A stretch of DNA of 64,000 nt from contig NC_134470.1 of NCBI RefSeq assembly GCF_964194025.1, forward strand, positions 37,014,001 to 37,078,000, read 5' to 3'. The notes beneath the pieces are model-generated. The model did not search any database, was not told where the DNA came from, and worked only from the letters and a program-made list of their open reading frames with translations. The position numbers and the translations under genes are program-made. This DNA is from Convolutriloba macropyga (Eukaryota). This document shows positions 51,355 through 61,450 of this stretch, piece after piece; the stretch's first letter is position 1; each line of letters starts with the position of its first letter.

Positions 51355-52585
51355 AATTTTACAATTTGTAAAATTGGAGCAAGATATCCCTCCCACGTTA
51401 GAAATAATCCTCTTTTTTAAAATCTGTAAACAGGAGCAATAAATAGAATTTACAATTATTCCGAACGAGGAACATAGTTGAAATTTTACAATTTGTAAAA
51501 AGTGGAAGCTGAGTTTTTTTTACAATTTTTAAAAAAAAATAGAAGCTGAGTTTTTCACAATTTGTAAAAAGTAGAAGTTGAATTTTTACAATTTGTAGAA
51601 AGAGATGCCTAAAAATTTGACAATTTGTGAGAGGAACGTAGTTGAAATTTTACAATTTGTAAAAAGTAGAAGCTGAATTTTTTTTACAATTTGTAAAAAT
51701 TAGAAGCTTAATTTTTTACAATTTGTAAAAAGTAGAAGCTGAATTTTCTTACAATTTGTAAGAACTAAAAAATTACAGCAGCAAGACAAAAATAGGTAAA
51801 ACTTACTCGAATAAACAACAACGCTAGGACAAAATCAAAAATTTCAGTCGAGAAGGAGCAACCAAATGACGGTTAGCAACAGTGAGCAAAATGATTTACT
51901 TGGAGCGAGGCAAAGCTAACCTCAACTTGCTAGTCGATAAAACAACCAATCAGAAAAAGTCTGGAAAAATGATCCACAAAACAAAGCATTAAAGCATAGA
52001 GTTCTATCAGAAAAAGTATCAAAAACGAAAAAAGAGCAAAGAATGAATGAAAAGTAGAGAAAAAATTAACCAATCAGTTTTCTTCGCTAACTCAAATTAA
52101 AATTCGGAAACACAAAACGAATCAACAAAAAGGTTGTTTTCATAGTGAATCAAGTTTCTTACAATTTGTAAAAAAATTTTACATTTTGTAAAAATGAGTT
52201 GATCCGACAGACAGGTATCACGATAAAAAGATTAAGATTTTTACATTTTGTAAAATTTCTTTTACAAATTTTAAAAATTGTGCCTGTTTTAGTTTTTGAA
52301 AGAACTTTCGATTTTCCTTGAAACGATGAAAGTTTTACATTTTGTAAAAAAAATTGCAATAGGTACTGTTTGTTTTCAGAATTTAAAATAATTTTTTAGA
52401 ACTATAATTTTTTTACAATTTGTGAAAATAGTTTACAATTTACGTTTTGTAACATAAACTGATTGTTTTTTAGAATTTGCAATACTATTGAAGAAAAGCA
52501 GTTTTTACAATTTGTAAAAAAATTTACAATTTGTAAAAACAAATTTTATACATTTTGTAAAAATTATTTTACAAAATGTAATTTT
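51355..52585. repeat. Subterminal array of palindromes TTTTACAA-T-TTGTAAAA
   Basis: About 18 exact or variant copies in two clusters (51355-51762 with ~32-bp period; 52157-52585). Confidence 0.85.
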
Positions 52586-53138
52586 TTCTGCAAATATAAG
52601 AAACGCTGACTGTGTGCATGTATCAGTCAGTTGTTGCGTATAAACGCGTGATTGTGTGTGGGAGTGTGTGTGTGTGTGGGTGAGTGGGTAGTGTTGATGG
52701 AGGGGGGTACACATTTTTAGTAACTACTTTTTGATAACTTTTTTGATAATTTTTTAACACGCAGCCTTTTTCAAATACGTAGGTTGAATAAGTTGGGAAT
52801 ACATTTGACTATTTAGAATGAGTAAAATTGTTGAGGCAAAAATACTGTTTTTTGTACGTGAGGATAAAGCGTGTTGATATTAAGAGCTATGACAAATTAA
52901 TGTGCTTGCTCTAACAAACAGGAAGTTATTTTAGCAAACACACATACTCACGCACGCATACACTCATACACAACACAAGCAAACACACATACTCACGCAC
53001 ACATACACTCATACACAACACAAACACAAACGCGCACTCAAAAGGGAACAATACAGCAGCTGAAAAAAGTGGGGGGAATTATGACGCTGTATGTTTTGCT
53101 ATTGAAAAAATTGAAAAAGGAAAATGAATAAGCTTACT

Positions 53139-53248
53139 GTGTCATCTAAAAATAGAACATGATTAGTCGGGTAGGCTCCGAAAACCAAGGAAGAATGCAT
53201 GTGCTGATTGGGTGCCGAGTATCACCCTATCGGCATATGTATTCTTCT
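53139..53248 (-). repeat. Right terminal inverted repeat
   Basis: Reverse complement of 25505-25615; ends ...GTATTCTTCT. Confidence 0.96.
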
Positions 53249-53254
53249 CCACTG
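53249..53254 (+). repeat. Right target-site duplication CCACTG
   Basis: Matches 25499-25504. Confidence 0.95.
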
Positions 53255-53731
53255 TTTTAGCATTTCTGTCCACTAAAAAAATGGAGCACTGTTTTTCAAT
53301 TAAACACAAAACTGCGCCTAACAACTAATGAACGTAGTCTAACAATCTATACAACTTCGTTTGCCTCAATTTCTCGTAATGAGCTGAAAAGATTCAGAGA
53401 AACCAAATTAAATGCCGGGTAATCAGATGAAAGTGAGCTCTTAACTTTCAGAAAAGGAGCAACTTGTCGGAACAACTAGATCTAACAAATACTATGGACA
53501 AAGAGACAAACCAAAAATTATCTAACAATTTGACAAAACTCACCCATACCCATTTTCAAAATGAGAGCTGATGACAGATGAGACAGAACGACAACAATTA
53601 GGAAGAACCATATGAGCGAACTCATAAGAGAAAACACACTGACTAATGTCGGACAAATTACTCTCGAAAGCCAGGCGGGGCAATTTACTTCAGGGGCTGT
53701 TGCATCAATAAATTTTTTTAGTGGTAAAAAA

Positions 53732-53810
53732 ATCCTCTCAGGGAAGGATTCGAAACCCCAGCATCCAGATTCCTGTACAGAAGCATTAAACACGGGGCTA
53801 CGCGTCCCTT
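53732..53810 (-). pseudogene. Degenerate tRNA-like relic
   Basis: Minus strand TAGCCCCGTG...GTTTCGAATCC followed by T7. Confidence 0.35.
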
Positions 53811-54799
53811 GCTACAATTTCCTATGCTACAATGGCTTTTATGCTATCAACAATCTTTACTTCGGAGTGAGAGCAGTTGAGATAACTCAAAAATGAGACA
53901 AGCTTGAATGCTATAGCAAAATGCAAAAACGGCCATCAAAAAATTTTGCATTAAAAAAGACAAGTTTAAAATAATTGCGGCAAGCTTCGTTTGAGAGCAA
54001 TTAAACATAAGCAACCAAATGACTGCAAATGGGTTGGATTCAGCAGTCGCTAGCAAACTATGGCCACTGGGTGACTGAGGGAGGGAGTAAAAACTAATCT
54101 AGAGATAATGTCTGGAGAGATAAGGAGGAGATTATGAGAAGGCGTTCCAAATCAAGAATTTCCCTTTTGACTTTGAATTATGTCCACTCAGCAGTTTCAG
54201 CATTCGCATACTTATAGAGACTAATAAGATTTTTAAGGAACAGGTCAGTGAGTTAATATTTTTAGACTACAGCAGATTATCCTGTTTCTCATGACAAAAG
54301 TCAAGCAAACTCAATTGTTAGATGAAACATCGGTATTTTAAGAAAATCGCATAAAAAGAGCAACAGGACTAATAGAATTGTTAGAAACTCTTTTGTGCTG
54401 CAAAATTCTATTAAAATATCAATAATGGTAGACCGAGTATATCGTAACAAACACTTAGTTTGCTTTTATTTGATTCTTTAATTTTAAATTATATAAAGAT
54501 TTCTATGAAACTCTTGCCTCAAAAAATTTCAAGGGGAAAAATTAAGCAAACTTTTTTAAAGGTCACTTAAAAGAAAGTCCTTCTCCTGAAATTGTAATCG
54601 CTTAACTCGGGGGCGGCGAGCCAATTCCTATATACGTTTACAGTAGTCAAATTAATAAATTAAAGCATCAAAAGCAAGAAAGACGGGCAGCAGAATTATG
54701 AACAAAACAAATATGGGCGTTAGAAATCAAAATGTGGCGATTTTGAATCATTATTTGAAATAAATTCAGAGACACCTAGATCAGCAGCCTCCCTTCTTC

Positions 54800-56460
54800 T
54801 ACAATGGTTCCTATGGATGTACGTACGCCCGGAGGCAGAGTACTTTTGCCCTAATGTAAGCGATCACGTCGAATGCGATTATCCTTCGCTAGTAGTTCAG
54901 CTCCTTGGATTCAAGATATTTGTAGGAATCCGGTATGCTTCTTGGTCAACTCTTGGCATACAGATTAACCGAACAACGCTCTGCTGACAGGTGACTCGAA
55001 GAAGCTCTAAGCTTTGTTGTCTAGTCGAGCTTCGTCTATCTATCTGCGAAGGTTTCAAATTGCAAAATCTGGACACAGGGCTCTATTTCGATATCGCCAA
55101 ACTCATTTAACGGGTTGGCAAAAGAATCATGGATTTCATTGTGTCTGATGTGTGTATAGCCAACTTTTGTTCAAGGCAGAGAGCGCGCTACATTGAAAAT
55201 TTCTCGGCATGCTCACATTGATAGCAATTTCACAAGATCCATATATATATCTAAGGGCAATCCTCATCCATATCTCTAAACTCTCCATTGGTTAGATCGA
55301 GAGGTTCCTTTAGCCAGCATGATGCTCTTTTTTACATAGCCAACTCTAGAGAACGCGCCTCCTTTTCATGATCTTTCAACGCCAATTTTTTCGCTCGTGC
55401 CTGTTCCTAATATTTTACTGAAAATTCCTGATGAAATTCTGCATCATTAGAGTCAAGATACAATAGCGACGCACATATCTGAACGGATCTTTTATTCGTT
55501 TGCCCCGTATTGGCGTGGAAGAATGCTTAGGTCAACGTCTCTAAATCGAAGAGAAATGACCTTCCAATATTTTGTTTTTGGCTTCACGCATCAGACAGTC
55601 AGAACTTTGCGTAGTTGCAATAAAAGTCAATTTATGTTGCAATCCATTCGTAAATGATTTGTATAACTTTTGAGGGGAAACCTTACTATTGGCCGAGTTT
55701 TCTAAGCATGCCGAATAGTTCATTAACTTTTCTGTCATGAAATAATTGCACCTCTTATCAGAACCAATAATTAAAACCGGAAAACGACGATCTTCAATGA
55801 TATCCACATCGACTCCAGGGATATGTTTATTGGCTTTCTGAAATTCCGCTTTTGTAATAAGAAGACATTTGAATAAATTGTAACCAAGCTGCCATGTTAA
55901 TTGAGCTTATCTAGTATAACTCTTACTGATATAAGGCTACCAGCCACGTTACCGTCACCTCCGTACCATTTGAGTAAAATTTTGATCTTCAAGCATGTCG
56001 ATTAGCCGATTTATAGCAACGCCGTACATTGCCATGACTATTGGATCACTTTATGATGTACCCTCTTGGGACTTGATTACCAACTGATCAAAAAAAGGTC
56101 TGATGGCGTCCTATACGAGTTTCTAACAGCCGTATAAAGGATTTTGATGTCTTCGGGGCAAAATCTCCATTTAGCTGTTAAATGCAATCTTGGCTTCAAT
56201 CAGAAAAATAGCTTTGGTACAAAATGGAACGGCAAACGCCGATTTTTTATATAGTTTACGACATATTTGGCGCCGGCTTTGTAACTACATGGGTGCTTTT
56301 CTTGTACATCATCGAGTACGTTGTGATTTTTTCCCTCCAAAATCCCTCTATCGGATGTTGATAGCACACCGCCCTTTGAATCGCTTGAAAGACGACATAA
56401 AGAATTCGATATCTTACCAGACTCCATTTGTTTGTCGAATGCTTTTAATTCATCCACTTC
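54800..56460 (-). mobile_element. Heavily decayed RLE-type non-LTR retrotransposon (CRE-like)
   Basis: Manual translation: GKIS...SKGGVL...EKHP, IEAKIAFNS, SQEGTS*SDPIVMAMYG, KWYGGDGNVAGSL (from WYADD), YTHIRHNEIHD...IEIEP, EARLD. Confidence 0.75.
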
Positions 56461-56627
56461 TCGTTTTCCAATTAATTTCCGTTAAGGCTCCTGAAGTGCC
56501 GTCGTCTCTTTAAACAGGTAAAAACTAAACGACCAAGCTTAGGACAATGGCCCACCAGATAAAGTAAATGCGCAAGCAATTTAGATCACGCACTAATCGT
56601 GCCAAATAAAACAACAGGAAATGTAAA

Positions 56628-57130
56628 CATAGCTGGCAGATTGCCAGAAAATAGCCGCAATAGACTCGTAGATCGGCAGTCTCAAAAAGAAACAGTAAAA
56701 AAGACAGACCAAAAAAAATTGTCTTTTCATTGAAGACTGATATGTTATATTTTGACTAAAAATCTATAAATTGCCGCTGCCTCTATTAGCTGCTCTCAAA
56801 TAACCTTCATTTAGAGTGACAAACACCCATTTGACCTTATCTCTTTGAATTAAAGTAAAAAGTCAATTTCAAAGTGAGGAAGTCATTTTTGAGAGTGAGG
56901 TAAGTCAAGTGTGACCAAAAATTTAATCACGCGATTGAACAAAAAAACTCGCTCCACTAAGAGCGAAAAATGACGTCACGCATGCAATTCAGTTGAAATT
57001 GCATGAACGAATGAACAAAAAGTGGCTGTGACGTCATATGGTCGTAACAAAAATCATGACGACGAAATAAAAAAAAACCAAGAGAAGGCCAATAATAGCC
57101 CCAGCTATCGCTGTGCGGCTATTAATAAAA
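56628..57130 (+). repeat. ~500-bp dispersed repeat family ending in a short hairpin; other copies at ~63155-63703, ~14410-14925, ~15472-15990
   Basis: Shared start g(c/t)cggcagattgc..gaaaatagc, internal agtgaggtaagtca, end aatagcc...ggctattaat. Confidence 0.6.
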
Positions 57131-57327
57131 ACATGTATTCAACAGAACAAATGCAAAACTAAGTTGCAAACACTACAATACAAAATAATCATGAACAATT
57201 CTGGCGCGTAGGACAACAAAAAGAACCTAATTCCAAAAACGTCGGACGAATTGCTCTCGAAGAACTGGCGAGGCAATTAATTTAGAAGGGGGCATGGGCA
57301 AGAGAAAATTTTATGATGCAAAAACTT

Positions 57328-57405
57328 CGGACTAGGCAGAGGCTTGAACCAGCGTCCCACCGGAAGAGAATCCGAGACGCTAACCACTATGCTAAACGGT
57401 CTATG
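57328..57405 (-). pseudogene. Degenerate tRNA-like relic
   Basis: Minus strand TAGCATAGTGG (A-box)...GGTTCAAGCC (B-box), then T5; flanks resemble those at 13503-13575. Confidence 0.45.
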
Positions 57406-57679
57406 CACGATCGGTTTTGTTATTGCAACAGACTCAATTTCTGAATGCTCATAAGTGAAAACATAAACCGACTAAAAAAGACACACGTTTAAAATAGTTG
57501 CTTCAAACTTTGTTCGAGAGCATTTATTGAAAAGCAATTGCTGTAAAGAAAAAAAATCAAAAAGTCAAGCGTGAAAAGGACACTCGAAAATGTGAAAAAG
57601 AAAGAATACGTTATAGAAAAAAAAGTAAAGCAAAAAAATTGCATAAAAAAGACACGTTTACAAGAAATGCTTCAAACTT

Positions 57680-57930
57680 CGAGAGCAATAAGGAGGCAAA
57701 GAAACAAAAATAACCCAAGACATGCGCAAAAAAAGAAGGTTCTACTAAAAAAAACTTTCAAAACTCACTGTTTCAGCATTTCTGTCCAATAAGAATTAGG
57801 CAGCTGTTTTAAATCGAACAAGAAGCTGCGTTTAAAAGCTAAATCAACGTACTCGAAGGTTCTATGCCATTTTGCCTGACTCAGTTTCCGTTAATGAGCT
57901 GCACAGACGCCAAGAACCGGAATCAAATTC
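57680..57930 (+). repeat. Uninterrupted paralogue of the repeat into which the Maverick inserted
   Basis: aaaaaactttcaaaac-tcactg-tttcagcatttctgtcca joins the left and right Maverick flanks with a single target hexamer (57765-57770). Confidence 0.85.
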
Positions 57931-59042
57931 CGCACAAAAGTCAAAAATCTGTGCAACTCCTGGGCGCAGTACAATGCGTGATCAAAAGGCAGTAACAAAA
58001 CTAATAAAAATAGATTGAATGAGTGAAGAGAATGGAAACAAATGTGGCGAAATTTTCATTTGACTTTAGTGGTAGTAAACTGCCACAAAATTTCACCGGC
58101 TAAAAATCATGAATGTGCGACTAATTTAGATTGCGCAAAACAAACAGTCAAGTGGGGGCCTGATCAACAGGATGACTCAAATGGTCGACACTTAATTTTG
58201 TTTCAACTGGACGACAAATCCATGCATTCTCAATTTTAATCCACAATGTAGTCACAAGCATCCATAACGACTAATTTAAACAGGAAAGAAGGAAAAATCA
58301 TATAGTTTACTATAAAATGTCCCTCGCGGGCCATGTCCGTGCCTCAGCGGCCCGTGGGACTCGATATGAATCTATCACAACCGAACGTGTGAGCGCGCCC
58401 GAATCTATCACAACTGGCCCTTCAATTATAAGCGCATATTGATATTTTGCATGTATTAATTAATTCGGTGTCGTCCGTTTGAAACGCCCCCAAGTTAGGT
58501 ACTCAAACTCGCTCAAAAGCCAAAAACAGTCGATAGAAAACCTTGGATAAAAGGTACGCTCGTCTACGAAAATGGCTTCATACTTCGTTCGAGAGCAATT
58601 ACCAACAATTCATTAATTTGAACAATAAATACAAGCCGACAAAAAATCGGATGAGTTGATCTCCAACAACAAGCTTGATCTCAATTTAATTCAGTGCGTA
58701 TAAATCCTTGGATATAACTTTGCTAAAAATCTTCAAATGATGTCTTAGACTTATGGACCCCTGCTGAGTGAAAAAAAAATAAACTAAATTTGGTGCCTTT
58801 TTCATACGACTTAGCACTAAATTCCCGCGAACTGTTCAGCTGCTTAAATTCTGAATGAGAGCAACTTCAATGAGGCAAAAATCGAGAATCACTCAAACGA
58901 TCGAAAGAATGTCCTAAAGTGAAACCATCCACACAAATTTCGCGTGAAGACACGCACGTGTATAACAATTGCTCCAAACTTCCTTCGATAGCAATTTAAA
59001 AATTTCCAAAAAAATTTCCATCAACTGAAAATGAATTCTAAC

Positions 59043-59172
59043 CTGTATCGCGTAATAGGCCTAGGAAGTCCTGCTCCTCAAGCCCGTAGAAGTTCTCTGG
59101 TCGTTGTATGTGGGTCAAAAGACAACCAGACGTACATAGCTCCATTATTAGCACCGGACTTTGACTCACCGC
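59043..59172 (-). CDS. TBK1: TBK1/IKK-epsilon-like kinase exon (subdomain V/hinge)
   Basis: ttccag/gttag-bounded, 130 nt; PVLIMELCTSGCLLTHIQRPENFYGLEEQDFLGLLRDT resembles TBK1 [38 protein letters not shown]; joins in frame to 24435. Confidence 0.92.
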
Positions 59173-60134
59173 CTGGAACAGCAAATAGTCTCCTCTTAAA
59201 CATCTATTCTGTAGAAAGATAAGATTCAAGCATCATTAAGTTATCGTTGCTGCAACCAACGCTTAGAAAAAAACTTTAAATTTATATTGCCTGTTAAAAT
59301 TTATCAAATAAAAAACTTATCATTTGCGGCCTCCTTTACTTAAATCGAAATCTTTCATCTCCAAATAATTTTATTTGAACTAAGCTTTAAAGTGTAGAAG
59401 TCATTTGCTGAGAGTGAATTAAATCATGTCTGATCAAAACAGTATCATGAAGATGACCCTAATTTTATTTACAACAGAAGCCTCATTACACAAAATTTCG
59501 ACTCTCATTACACAAAATTTCGACCTCAAAAGATTGTAATTCAAATCTTTGTTATGTCAAATCTTCGTTGTGAGTCAAGTCACGTATTATCAAAATCTGA
59601 CAACGCAAATGACAAAACTCTTGGTTGTCGAGGAAGCAAATGCAATTGATGAGAGGACAATCATAACAATTGAATTTTCAGCTGTTTTGTATGAACAAAT
59701 GGGTAACAACTTGTTCTTTAACTGTTCTCACTTAGATGCCTTAGAGGCCATAAACAACTTTGCTCAAAGCCAACGAGAGCCAAAAAAAAGGACAATCAAT
59801 GAGAAATAGAATCAAAGAGATTTTGAAGTGGCGCTCAAAGTCAATAAATACAATACTATATCAAAATTGTTAAACACAGCAATTTAACTAGCAATAAAAA
59901 CAAAAATCATAAAAACCCTTGGATAAAAAAATGTTGAAAACGTCAATTAAATCATTAGCTACAGAAAATTATTGGATCAATTATAACTAAATTAGAAAGC
60001 CGATCACTCCTCCCATCATTGACACTAAGTGGCACAACAATTACTCAACTGATGCTTTTTGAGAGCAAACGGCTTCGAAGTCGTTAAAGCAATGAAAACT
60101 TAAAAGAAAAAAAAATAAACCCATCAAAGCAATC

Positions 60135-60222
60135 GACTAACGTCGGGCGAATTGCTCTCAAACGACCGGCAAGCGGTCGGCTTCGTCAGTAGCCAGCCAC
60201 GGTTGTGAGGCTAGCTTTAGCT
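60135..60222 (+). repeat. Dispersed repeat; close copy at ~61858-61950
   Basis: cgactaacgtcgggcgaattgctctcaaac.accggc.agcggt.ggcttcgtcagtagc. Confidence 0.8.
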
Positions 60223-60923
60223 TAATTGAATGGGCGCAAGGTGAGCGCAGCGTGGGGGGGGGGGGGGGTCTGGGGGCAATAGTTGTGGGGGGGGGGGGGG
60301 TCTTTGGCTGCACAGGGCGCTTACGGCCTGAACGATGTGCAGGAGTGGGGATGGGGGTTAAGTGAGGGGGAGGGGCTGATATGGGGGAGTGGGGTTCTGG
60401 TGGAGGGGGGGGTCAACCTCTTAGAACCGCCCTTCATGCCATAAGTATAATTCTCTAAAACAGTTTCTGTGAATCGCATACTTGGAGACCAGGAGCTGAA
60501 AGGCTCTCAGAGAAAGCCTGAAAGGCTTAATGCCCGCTATAAAAATAAGCCAACAAAGTTTCAACGCTTTGGAAACCGTCAACCATCAACTAAAACCACT
60601 TATGCCTCCTCTGAAAGCCAATTAGACGTGTTACAATTAAACAGAATAGTAACAGGTCAACAAAAGAACAACAAATACAGGCAGAATACAAAATCACTCA
60701 TACTTTTAAAACTCAGGTAAAATTTGCAAAAAAACGCACAACGATCAGCTGCGTAATTATGGATTTGAAAAATTGCAACAATTCGCCACTAGAAAATACG
60801 TACATTTCAAATAGGCAACGCGATCACATTCGCCACTCAATTTCAAAAACCATCAACCAGTAAAAACTAGACTTTGGAATGTATTTTGTAAAAAAAATAA
60901 AAACTGGAAACTACTGAAAACAG

Positions 60924-61450
60924 NNNNNNNNNNNNNNNNNNNNNNNNNNNNNNNNNNNNNNNNNNNNNNNNNNNNNNNNNNNNNNNNNNNNNNNNNNNNN
61001 NNNNNNNNNNNNNNNNNNNNNNNNNNNNNNNNNNNNNNNNNNNNNNNNNNNNNNNNNNNNNNNNNNNNNNNNNNNNNNNNNNNNNNNNNNNNNNNNNNNN
61101 NNNNNNNNNNNNNNNNNNNNNNNNNNNNNNNNNNNNNNNNNNNNNNNNNNNNNNNNNNNNNNNNNNNNNNNNNNNNNNNNNNNNNNNNNNNNNNNNNNNN
61201 NNNNNNNNNNNNNNNNNNNNNNNNNNNNNNNNNNNNNNNNNNNNNNNNNNNNNNNNNNNNNNNNNNNNNNNNNNNNNNNNNNNNNNNNNNNNNNNNNNNN
61301 NNNNNNNNNNNNNNNNNNNNNNNNNNNNNNNNNNNNNNNNNNNNNNNNNNNNNNNNNNNNNNNNNNNNNNNNNNNNNNNNNNNNNNNNNNNNNNNNNNNN
61401 NNNNNNNNNNNNNNNNNNNNNNNNNNNNNNNNNNNNNNNNNNNNNNNNNN
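60924..61450. other. Assembly gap (527 N)
   Basis: Run of N. Confidence 1.

Larger units (their letters stand above)
25505..53248 (-). mobile_element. Maverick/Polinton (endogenous polintovirus), full-length (27,744 bp), decayed
   Basis: AG...CT termini, TIRs, 6-bp TSD; pPolB, RVE integrase, ATPase, protease, major and minor capsid genes. Confidence 0.97.

Noticed and set aside
51355-51762. CRISPR-like repeat array
   Set aside because: Spacers are short and similar to each other, there are no cas genes, and the context is eukaryotic
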